A DNA stretch of 64,000 nucleotides, from the NCBI GenBank assembly GCA_015231405.1, contig JADGBR010000003.1, forward strand, positions 29,549-93,548. Direction: 5' to 3'. Below the pieces are notes generated by a model. That model saw only the letters and a list, made by a program, of their open reading frames with translations. It was not told the DNA's origin and did not search any database. Position 1 is the first letter of the stretch. Each line of letters begins with the position of its first letter. The position numbers and the translations under genes were made by a program. The DNA is from Candidatus Omnitrophota bacterium. Lineage in GTDB: Bacteria > Omnitrophota > Gorgyraeia > Tantalellales > Tantalellaceae. Shown here piece after piece: positions 20,601 through 28,000 of the stretch.

Positions 20601-21461
20601 ATGGTAGACCTCAGGATCGAGAATACCGGCAACGTTCTTGGATTTCTTCGCGACTTGCATTTTGTGCCGGAAAGGGCGGGGGATCATAGTGACAGGCCTG
20701 GTCCTCAAGCAGCGGCCTTGGACTTCCAGAACGAATTTTTCGTTCCGGGAAAAACCGAAGCCGCCGGTCCAGGAAAGAATCCTTCCTATAAAAAAGTTCC
20801 GGGCATCAGGATAGGGCCTTTGACAGCCGTACAGGAAGCAAAACACGCTCTGTCTTTTACCAGCAATGTCAAACTCTGGAAAAATAAAGATAAAGAGGAC
20901 GCTTCCTTCATAGCCCTTTCCACCGGGTGGATCAAAGGTTACGAAAGAGGAGGCGCTCAGCATAACGGAGGCTTGAACCGGGCTATTTCGTCAGTAAGGA
21001 ATTACTGCGAGGCTAAAGGGATAAAGTTGATAGAAGGTGACGACGCGGCCGTCGCGGAAGAGGTTAAGGCCATGAAAAGCCGTAATAAAGCCGCTTCCGG
21101 AGTAGTTCTTGCGGGCGAACGTTGCATAGGGCTTATAGAAGAAGCATTCTTGGAAGAGCTTACCCTCCGTGACGATGAAAAGAAAAAAGTTCTCCTTGGC
21201 CTGGTCGATAACAGCCGGCTTGAGGAAGAAAGCTATGTGCCTCTTATGGAACAGCTGTCGCTTATGATAAAGCTTCTAAGATACCAGGAGAGATATCCTG
21301 ACTACCTTTTAAGAAGAAAAGACCTTCTTGGGAAAAAATTTGACAGAGAAAACCGCCTTGGCCTGGAATTCGATCCGGAAAGGTGGGTCGTGAAATTCAA
21401 ACCCGCGAAGATGGACGTAGAGTCACTTCGGCCTCTGTATTTCGCCCAGATAGCCGCATAG
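11664..21461 (+). CDS. Giant (3265 aa) signal-peptide-bearing membrane protein with a phosphotransacetylase-like domain and three GNAT acetyltransferase domains.
   Basis: The ATG at 11664 lies 15 nt after the upstream stop. The N-terminal hydrophobic signal is MVSAALVSLMVANDIGYA. The single ORF runs to the TAG at 21459-21461. Confidence 0.85.
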   Translation: MGSNGIKKIYGKYIIRMVSAALVSLMVANDIGYALSPGSRFTEESGPGRNELFKGAVFRVVYEIIGKYLEMGIDPVTIIGDIKEGIGIVEEAFRREEGLPSSAKTANFDPLLYGFNIDELEYSPVEKAFRLPIYRGGQKIHTYKFYMTRTPDKEPDHTIELPTGHPLYASIELRDSPHRDTLTHGNSENSSNSGNDAHGAIRRNVSNEDIEAAIDGDLDLQSVKDEISMIDIIFNDMALDTNVDLEKKAEEYGVTADELVKRIKLAREVFSEGRRSQAKFKLFNAIIRNPSTYAFGYVKPGVFAYSREFINDLGHDLKAEYLMHEPLCYYLSELIGEEKGHKLAREIQSLYFYSNYGPTGDRELDPYDWLRGKLTDFIRDFTIRVLEKEKKMPELDLGVLDKWVDAQAKAEQAHLRALRLRLTELILMKGSLNEVIIDEKRSNSGFTASNKHLLSDMTRKVKDLVKFIEDVLPVITVAEREGLGYLIRSRAENDRFRRVAIEIGLGVLGKGSGEKYPVLEIFSEHLKKFETTLRGEKSEVFTRRLAAHIKWCESIEKELARLQKESLPSGALAKKGEHRGSISRDTQEKSMVHGPLSIVPASPAGRHGQSSMVPEAQRVTPKIGDRGSKTSLRAKILACAFLVGVILVVEPLMVYGMNWLIPKRFIADIFPLGFASGALEFGTVKTFTAFVVFRFFGEILAQVAVRWMKEGIKGISLKRDIDWSKVRVVCYFAGGFLSWFLPSVWGVFKASSLDPRLYGFADLIVAGPITLPVLFGAHLFMKWAYTREKMDPGKSLKETFYRIGFTFVFAIVYWCTILGMVFSTDRPLDEQAYIIAYFTPFYAIAQSFAANLTDVGKGVKMRKWALPMIAAAVLYNLRYFFFNLSNTNLIVGFALWAIPITLGFRLNKPLGPVWATAPEEDGIYRKISDHLAKDPGDMTIVVPEAASESALKGIDRIIAKYGDKVKPILIGNAGDIEKIMLTQKLDHLIKSSRKEIININDKGEIYEETVRIVGEGRARIILKGKSSSDVLMKMILTAGKKRLRVPGSSITHMRLFEMPDGGPLLMTDGGINVMSDTEDADKRVAKKIAGIDNSVRVMRHLGVTRPLVTILAEGKNGEKWIREDAEGIISELKKRGVDPGFDIEGPVSLGEVYGRGNLSRRILVFPWIGPANIIYKATAGFRREPEHVKDIPVRTASGKKGKLSVFEYQIDGTKRYLSVAVPPPGADLEEKKEFIKRSSRMLFKKYGIGKPKVAILDFTEQAENFEKVPTIKDGIALKKYFSERDAGCVVDGPMAYDVADSKEAAKAKGYDSVVAGDADMYFAPDNDTGNMLESLYKYSGKLKLGWNASDLSYGGLATDNGEPVFVVVPSRSDSEFHKERSLDVAAELMSRDREEGVNIRPEGKGTPGKSPPGGSIAEALKVVNVSLLKEGTLGNIFTRREFAQKRINAKRQAQYSPGTVAAELDSLTRIGVLDRVRDGLAYKYYVRDWYKDIRPGVRKKLQVMVENAVRAKEVRANPLDEKDLLFLQNALVKMMKRYYSATVFSIIPEKQKNRVMEQIVDMECHFCDTPRERKKWTAYHTYMAGEPERETRIVRYNNKVIGLMLFKRDTGNDCIRILRMKIHPEWEDKGVDHYLVDTVKAEMVEGGGLGKCRVILNENDINAWEFYRSAGFRSLEKRGEGARGLDVMEFMPGISTDENGSSQEDVLLVRNAIESAYHDLAERFMEVPVERLDKDMDPELIKSGYKYTARTSGREVEFSDMFEAGDREGKKAIGAMRIVYGEVYTSGEIAEAAKEYGMRYSSPEYINRVAVINGEVAGYIRCRLLMNGMKVDFEERIFDQRYNGIGIGDLLINDLKILLSTRAYSGFGKCVTSFRSPQGRRMVDYLGKHGFRPVNGHNKKFILEGADITKISGPEGTIITDTLFQGGASPILTYGQPYELPEDEEGGTGHDKDPLDGLYFMTERPEMAERTVNFIKTFLLYRKQVTLVNRDTYTGVDRYLSISESSWSYMKDNFRLSEIPLYVYEEKVPGSSNTKPFMVALRIDENLKSNLMWFDKMEGRWISDVAKQIIIKTGDGNDNIKAVYIPLEESNPPGMAGARPRDFLKLEFDATNGDGSGKDFAEEITRLLKEKYNQPGSGPRLSLKMSVVSLPGSALFRHIEIRKPQNVLKLINGSEKLSNGRFTAEGLFLEGVSSGRRVNGQKIKSQVDARIDLEALADLGMIDKWGDNLFSLRDDYKALSKKDRMTIEKELIHLSHAENGSFDIMERNLRLTIKDLISRNVRQVSSEDVTPGSGIRNGWTVGTELVMASSDGYLEQCAGIKSLTGQGGLKSKGRGSFKQEMRTMKDLLAGVGVEMTAALYGRRVVGYVIIRKREEERSVEILDICVHPLFYERGVDENLLKWVLSLLSPGEKGYKKVFYDIAASPDEKERSFERLGFYEEIPEEADPVIERGKMRLVARPKEASDGDRKKLPGGALHKAVACIGEHDDIFGNRENPFTLRKFMRFRKYSYNTVLTEVRALIKLGILEKAGKKGNVPLYRVTRRFEDAPPDVRFKVYEALERGLAEKMIHAAPTRDELKMVRYEIDHTLAPYETVERPKATAKPAEKIITFPVNGTHAEAVVTEVINDMKAPEPAAYSGFMSGMMDMVFNETRDFTPILSGSGYLKRTSEILEDLMALEKTIYLSILEESMRSPARSKRLTQAKELVEMSNGMTVKAAEVVKAWRKTGYMAVELDPDEVKAGIGLSIGRRLFALGEGEDEFYGLLSWTFNKLNEILAEDDLFGGMFLRDTERSIIKLRELMTDLRITVFREYFLEYSFAGNMFRDNKDMMERFDLDIKANFRERYDVWYESKWERINDLAKFAGDILDAAEKISDLRRYDFPKAKGFELEELKMELISALKFNRRVCRDQLDLDYLDEQVLPLMIFGGDGKGVDHYRMIWSGAMTMIRKRFKGMSRKELTAQDSNIVEGGLAVPFMLMGGMVDLRIENTGNVLGFLRDLHFVPERAGDHSDRPGPQAAALDFQNEFFVPGKTEAAGPGKNPSYKKVPGIRIGPLTAVQEAKHALSFTSNVKLWKNKDKEDASFIALSTGWIKGYERGGAQHNGGLNRAISSVRNYCEAKGIKLIEGDDAAVAEEVKAMKSRNKAASGVVLAGERCIGLIEEAFLEELTLRDDEKKKVLLGLVDNSRLEEESYVPLMEQLSLMIKLLRYQERYPDYLLRRKDLLGKKFDRENRLGLEFDPERWVVKFKPAKMDVESLRPLYFAQIAA
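13540..14400 (+). other. Polytopic transmembrane block (about 7-8 predicted helices) inside the giant protein.
   Basis: Successive hydrophobic stretches include LACAFLVGVILVV, FPLGFASGALEF, VVCYFAGGFLSWFLP, LIVAGPITLPVLFGA, IGFTFVFAIVYWCTILGMVF, WALPMIAAAVLY and IVGFALWAIPITLGF. Confidence 0.6.
14475..15790 (+). other. Phosphate acetyl/butyryl-transferase (Pta/PTB)-like domain.
   Basis: TIVVPEAASESALKG matches Pta IVFPEGxDxRVLKAA. ITHMRLFEMPDGGPLLMTDGGINV is Pta-like. MAYDVADSKEAAKAKGYDSVVAGDADMYFAPDNDTGNMLESL matches Pta AGxANVLIFPxLxAGNIxYK. Confidence 0.6.
16260..16710 (+). other. GNAT N-acetyltransferase domain 1.
   Basis: VIGLMLFKR...IRILRMKIHPEWEDKGVDHYLVDTVKAEM...INAWEFYRSAGF is a GNAT motif A/B pattern. 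Confidence 0.5.
16900..17350 (+). other. GNAT N-acetyltransferase domain 2.
   Basis: VAGYIRCRL...RYNGIGIGDLLINDL...MVDYLGKHGF is a GNAT-like pattern. Confidence 0.4.
18600..19000 (+). other. GNAT N-acetyltransferase domain 3.
   Basis: VVGYVIIRKREEERSVEILDICVHPLFYERGVDENLLKWVL...ERLGFYEE is a GNAT motif A pattern. Confidence 0.45.
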
Positions 21462-21557
21462 GCTTTTGCCTGTTGCCTATTATTGTTGGATCATGTTAGA
21501 AAAGCATAAATACATTTAACCGGCAACGGACAACCTGCAACCGACAACAAACAGTTT

Positions 21558-21725
21558 TTATCCTTTGATTATAGCTTCTGTAGGACAAACCGCCGCGCAA
21601 GCCCCGCAATCCGTGCATTTTTTTGGATCGATCTTATAAGGGCTGCCTTCGGATATCGCCTCAACGGGACATTCCGGCTGGCACTGCCCGCAAGATACGC
21701 AATTATCGGTAATTTTATAAGCCAT
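21558..21725 (-). CDS. 2x[4Fe-4S] bacterial-type ferredoxin, 55 aa. It is absent from the supplied ORF track because it is shorter than 60 aa.
   Basis: Manual translation of the reverse strand gives MAYKITDNCVSCGQCQPECPVEAISEGSPYKIDPKKCTDCGACAAVCPTEAIIKG, with two canonical CxxCxxCxxxCP clusters. A strong SD AGGAGG lies 7 nt upstream of the ATG, and the stop is a TAA. Confidence 0.8.
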   Translation of the reverse strand: MAYKITDNCVSCGQCQPECPVEAISEGSPYKIDPKKCTDCGACAAVCPTEAIIKG

Positions 21726-21821
21726 GGGTAAATCCTCCTAATAGGGTTCAGTAAAATTTCATGAAAGAATAACATAAAATCAATGTCGGGTCAAGCCAAT
21801 TCAAAAAACGCAACAAGTTTC

Positions 21822-21886
21822 AGTGTCAGGCCTCCCCATTGGACAAAACTATTGGTGGATAATGTCCAATGGGGAGGCCTGACACT
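21822..21886. repeat. Perfect 24-bp inverted repeat, agtgtcaggcctccccattggaca (21822-21845) / tgtccaatggggaggcctgacact (21863-21886), with a 17-nt spacer.
   Basis: Read directly from the sequence. It lies in the divergent intergenic region between the ferredoxin (-) and the 6951-aa gene (+). Confidence 0.9.
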
Positions 21887-21920
21887 ACTATTAGTATTTC
21901 AAAAAGTCAGACAAAGCGAG

Positions 21921-21949
21921 TTGACAAATCTGTTAAGATTTGATAAACT
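21921..21949 (+). promoter_or_regulatory. Candidate sigma70-type promoter for the 6951-aa gene: TTGACA, a 17-nt spacer, then TAAACT.
   Basis: The -35 hexamer ttgaca at 21921-21926 is an exact consensus match. A 4/6 -10 hexamer taaact lies at 21944-21949, about 60 nt upstream of the ATG at 22010. Confidence 0.35.
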
Positions 21950-22009
21950 GAGCTATCCGGAAAAGCTGAGTTTGTTTTAAATTACTAATTACAAATTTCA
22001 TAATATTAT

Positions 22010-25000
22010 ATGTTCAAGAAAATCGTTGTTTATTTCCTGTGCATCACCTTCCTTTTCGACCAAAGCGGGATAGGGAAATATGCCTATTCTCAGGGATCTC
22101 CCCGGGATACCTTGGCTGTAACTTCCATGTTCAATGAGCTTAGCGCCAGTGTCGCGGGGATGTCTGAGAAAGAGGGACACTCACCGTTCGATGTCATACG
22201 TAAGCATTTCGAAGAAGAATCCTTTATATTCCCGTTCATAATTTTCACTTTAGGTCGGGTATTCATAAAAGAGACATCCGGCGATATTGTGTACGATGAC
22301 GAAGTTCTCCGCGGGCATTTGGGCAGAACGCTTGTGGACAGGTTCGGCGGAGCGGATTCGGAGTTTTTTATCAAATATGATGTGAGAGGAGCTTATCGGG
22401 ATAAGGGCTCTATCGTTATCCCTTCAAAGAACGGGGATATTCGTTACAGGTTCTTCCTGATTGACGATAAGGAGAAGTTTTCCGGAGAGGATATCATAAA
22501 AGAATGGGAACCGGTCGAGCTGGAGGACCAGAAGACGAACCGGAAGATCGTTATGGCCGTGAGGCAGGAGAATGTCCCGTACTCCGTCCATGAGAGCGAG
22601 GCGAAGTGTGAAGAGAACTGCGCCTCCGGAACGTGGACCCTGGACCAGGAGCCCACCCTTAACGCGATGATATCCAGATTGATAACAAGCGGTACTGGCA
22701 ACGTTTCAGATGAGGAAAAATACGTGAAAGACATAGCCGGGATAAAGCCAGCCATACGGGACGCATTGAGACTTTATGGGGCTTCTACGCCGGATGATAT
22801 CAGGGAAGAAGACGAAAAACTCCTGGGAAGCATCGATCATTCGATGAAAGTCGATGACCTTCTCGCCAAGGTCGAGGCCCTTTTGAATAATCCGAAATTT
22901 AAGATTTTATTCCTTATCCCTGACGACGGCGAGGATAAGTTCAGTTTCCTTTTCCGTGAGAAAGGGGTGAAGCCTTATAAGCTCACGGCTTACGCGCATT
23001 TCGGGCATCATAATACAAAGGGCGCGGATAGGGAGGAAAATATTTACATATCAGCGCCGTATTATGACAATTTAACACGGTCCGACAGGATCGCGCTTAT
23101 CGTTCACGAGATGGTCCATCTCATACTTGGCCGGGGGGATAAGATCCACACGCTCGCGGATGGTATCGCCCAGTCTGTGACGTATGCCCATGAAAAGGCG
23201 AATATAGACGCTGCGGCGTTTATGGGGGAAATAACCAACTACCTTGTATCGAAGGAAAAGATGTACGTCGCCGCCGTTACGAACAACGAGGAGCTGGCTA
23301 TAGAAGCACGGGGCGAGTGGAAAGCGGCGATAAGTAAACTTGGAGATTCCGGCATGTCCGGCGAGTCTATGGAACTTTTTCTGAGGAATGATATCTCGAT
23401 GAGGGTGAAAGGGGCGTTAATAGAACTCGGCGCTTCGCCCGAGGCTGTGCCGGGTGAGTCTTTTCGTGAAAAATTCATCGAGGTATTCGGAAAAAGAGAA
23501 GGGTATATTCTCGCTAATCACCTGAATTACGAGATGAGCGCGCACCCTGCCGCCCGTCAGAATGACATCTTTTATATCATCGAGATCGTCGGTCATATGT
23601 CGGAAAGGCTGGCGACGGAGATGAAAGTGATGACAACTCAGGAAGAAGCGGCCTTCGTTAAAGAGACAAGGGAAAATGTCATAGATGAAGTCGTGAACGC
23701 TCTTTTTGACGAACCGGGCCTTAAAAGTACATGGAAAGATGAATTAGGAAAAAGCATTATCCCCATGACGCTCGATGGTTTATTTCCGGAAGAGATGTTC
23801 CGTAAAGGGTATCTGGCCGAGAACAGGGAGTATATATCCAAAAAATTAATGGGCCTGCCGATAATTACAAGCGCTTACGGCGAGGCCGATCCCGGGATAA
23901 AGAAAGTGTTCTACCGCGGCGGGGCAAGCCGGGTGGAGCTCGAAGCCACATTGTGGCATGAGATAATCCACCACCTTGGAGAGATCGGGGTCCTCAAGAT
24001 CGACCCGAGGTGGGAATATACGCCATGGTCGGTCGACCTTTGCATGAGGGTTATCCGGAACTCAAAACTTCCAGGTTCTAGTATCGAAAAATCCGAAGAA
24101 AGAATAGCGATGTACAGCGAGGAATACTTGCCGTTCGTGAATATACTATATGCCCACGGTAAAACCCTGGGGGCCGACGAGGGAAAGAAGAAATATCTCC
24201 TGAGGCAGCTGGAGACGGAAGAAAAAGCCGCGTATTTCTCGATAGACCTTCTGGTTGACGAGGCTATCCTGGTCTGTCAGGGGACGGAGTTTTCGACGGC
24301 TGAATTGAAATATTACCGCAATAATTCTAACAGGCAATTCACCGAACCCGACGATATCGTCAGATTTAACCGCGCCAGATACGTTTCGCAACAGGCGGCG
24401 GCTTATATCATGGCAGGGATGTTCATGACGGACTATATCGATCCGGCAAAGCAAAAACATCCCTTAAGATCCCTAAGGGATTATTTCGAGGAGCTCGACG
24501 ACGTCATAGGGAAGCCCGCTCCGGTTGACCGCGATTGGGTCGATAATTTCGAGGAAGAGCTGGAGAATTTCGGGACGTCGGTATTTAAAAAAACGACGGT
24601 CATGAGGTCGTCCGACACTACCGACAGGCTGGGATTGTGGTGGGCGGACGTTGACCAGTTCAAAGTGGTGATGAATTACTGGCCCGTGACCATATGCCCC
24701 TGGGATAAAAGTAACCCTGACAGGACAAAAGCCCGCTCAGACGCTAAAAAGAGGGGGCTCGGTAATTTCATGCTCGCCAGATACAGGGGCGAGGCTATGA
24801 AGGAGGCCGAGAAGACGGTCGAGGCGCATCATGAGTTCTTCTGCCGTCCCGAATTAGACATACTCTGGCAGACCCTTCTTATCCCGAGGTCGATCTTTAG
24901 CGCTATCCCCGATACTTTAAGGAAAGAAGTATCCGAGGATAAAAAGGAGAAATACAAGGACGTCCCGGAGCTCATACAGGCCGTATTCGACGGTAAATAT

Positions 25001-28000
25001 GATATGGGGAGAAGGGACGTCGAGAAAGGCATATATGATTCGTATTACAGGCATCTCAAATACCTGGATTCTATCCTTTACATGTGGACGAAGTATCGTC
25101 CTCTTGAGGATAAAGATTCACTTCCGATGGACCCGCGGGTAGACGCGGGTAGCGACGTCGAAGAGGCGTTGCGGAATACCTCGGGCGCATGGGAAAAGAT
25201 AATGTTCCGCGTGAACGAACATAATGAATATGAGGATATTTTCAATATCATCGAAACGGAGATATTGCCCGAATATATGAAGCTGTTCGAAGCGGATGTG
25301 AAGGAGGAAAAGGCTAAAGAGGCTTTAAGGCAGATGCCGGATAAAGGAAGCGTTAAAGACCCGGGTGATCTCACACCTGAAGAAATAGATGAGCTGAATA
25401 AAAAATTCGATGAGCTGCCGGATGAAATAAAAGAAGCCATAATGCAGGATATCATGGATCAGATGAACTCAAGTCCCATGAACAGCAACGGGAGCGGTAA
25501 CGGCGAAGGTGGAAAGAGCGGTCAGGCTCAGCAGGGTAAGCCCGGAAAGGGATCTAAAGGAGGACAGGCAAGGCCCGGAAAACTTTCGGGACAGCATGGG
25601 ACGCCAACCCCCGAACAACTCCAGAACGAAATAGACGGTATTGAGCGTACGGTTGACGCGCTCGATAAGATGGTCGATGACATAGCTAACGGAGCACAGG
25701 GGATTGGAGAAGGCTCGGGGGATATCAATGATGGTGTTCAGGGTCCACACCCTGGAGGTAAACCTGAAGGCGAAGGGGATAAAGGAGGCAAAGGGCAAAA
25801 AGGTAATGGAGGGGTTGATGTTGAAGGCTTGCAGGGGAAAGCCGGCGATCTTCAGAAAGCTGCCCAGGGGCTTGGCAATCACGGGAATAATTTGAGCCAA
25901 AGCGCCGGTGATCTTCTCAACTCGACTTTTGACGCCACAGGGGCGCTCCCGCATCCTGGTATGGGTAAAGGCGCCCGGAAGAACGCCGCCGAATTCGATA
26001 AAAAAGCAAAAGAAGTTAACGACAAGATAAAAGCGCTTCAGGATAAGATAAACGAGTTAAAGCAGCTCCTTGACAGGATGAAGGAAATAAAAGATCAGGG
26101 CAGTAACCCCCAGCAGATGGGACAGGCGGCCGGCAAGGTAGGAGGGAAAGCCAGGGAGGTAAAGAACGCGAGCAGCGGGATAAAACAGGGGGTGGAAGGG
26201 TCTAAGGAGTCGCTTCAGGGACTCAAGGAGAAGTTGGGACAGATAGTGAAGGATGTCAGGGGATTGGCCGGGAAAGGGAAGGGTGAGGTCGGAGCTGGAG
26301 GGTCGAAGGTCGAAGGGAAAGGGGGAGCAGAAGGGGATACCGGGGATAATAGGGGTGAGCCGGCCCCGGGGAAGGGGCAACCGGCAATAAACGATGCGAA
26401 CGATCAACCCTCACGAGGCTCCGACGGGAACGCTTTACCGGACGGTAAGGATAATACGGGTAAAAGCGCCTCTACCCCGTCAATGTTCAAGGACCAGGGC
26501 ACAGCGGAGTCTAACAGGAACAAAATACCGCATATACCTTTTAAGAGCGGCGCGCCCGCGACGGCGCTTCAAAATATAGTGGATAATTCCGCAAAGACCG
26601 GTGAAGAAGGCTCCGGCGCCCTAGAGGTATCTGTCGACGATGAATTCGAAACGGAAGTCGATCCTTCATGGCAGGATATGCGCAATGAGATGCTCTGGAA
26701 ACAGAATGAAGATGAGACGGGTCTTAATAGGAAAGAATATGCGAGATATTATAAATACCTGGAAATGCTCGGCGGCCAGGATACCATAGACGAAATGAAG
26801 GAGTCGTTCAGGTATCTCCTGGGCCTGGAGGAAAATCCAAAAAAGTTCTGGAGAAAATACAGCGGTATGCTGACGAAAGCCGTAAAAGTCGTAATGGGAC
26901 GTAAAGGCTACAGGATAACCAGGAAAACTAAACCCAAACCTTTAAAGGTATCTCTCCTTGTCGACGTGAGCGGCAGTATGCATGATAGAAAGAGAATAAC
27001 CCAGGCGGCGCTAACCATAATGATGATGCTTGAGGTCATCCTTGACCTTAACGAGGACCTGGAGAGTGCCGGCCTTCCTCCTATAGAGTTCGAGGTAGGC
27101 CTTTTCTCGGAAGAGCCCAAGGTCTGGATAAGCCATGAAAAGAGCCTGAGCGTCGAAGGAGAGACCCGTAAACAAAGGCTTATCTACGATACCATAACCA
27201 AAGGTCTTTTAATGGGCGGCGGGTGGACCGACGACACCAAGGCTATCGGGACTATGATCGACCGGGCCAGTAACGCCGAAATGACCACATGGGACGCGGG
27301 CGATGAAGCCAGGAGAATACTATTTTTCCTCTCGGACGGTAATCCGAACACATGGGAGGGAGGCGATATCCAATATCTCGTGAATACTTACGCTCAGGAC
27401 GTGGTCGAGAATCCGGTCGAGGTATTCGGCGTGAGTATGGGCGATGAGGAAGCCAGGAAATACACCGCCCATAAGTTCGGCGACAGGGCTGTTATCCCGG
27501 AGCGAGAGGATATGAGCGATATACCCGAAAAAGTCCTCACTCGTTTCCAGGAATGCGTAACTGTAGCCGCTACCGAGTACAGCTGGGCGGACCTGTTAAC
27601 GCTTGCCGCCACGATAGGGTGGTTCCTGATCCCGACTTTCCTGAAACCCGCTTATGATATCCTGACGTCCCTTGCCGGCACTTTACTTGTCAGGGGACAG
27701 AACGGAGCGGATACTAACGCCGAGAAACCCTACAGGGAGACCGGATACAAGAACTTCAGGTATCAGGAGAAGGACGGCAAGGACTGGCTTGTGTATTTTA
27801 TTAAGGACGAGAAAGGCAATGTGATAGAGGAATACAGGTGGCAAAGGGGCGCCGGCGGGGCAATGTGCCCCAAAATGACGACGTTCGACGACCGGTATAA
27901 CGAGAAACTTATCTCGGATATCATTTCCATGTCATGCCAGAGGGATGTCCAGTACACTTCGTACTCGAAGAACGGTGACTATTATCTCAGGTACCAGGAG

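Noticed and set aside
21462-21557. Tandem-like caac(c/g)gacaac repeats between the convergent 3265-aa gene and the ferredoxin gene.
   Set aside because: They are short, degenerate and without a complementary partner to form a terminator stem. They are probably chance low-complexity sequence.
21783-21980. 65-aa + strand ORF in the ORF track spanning the 24-bp palindrome.
   Set aside because: The ORF exists only because it reads through the inverted repeat, which gives a mirrored peptide with no SD and no protein-like composition. The region is better explained as regulatory or structured DNA.
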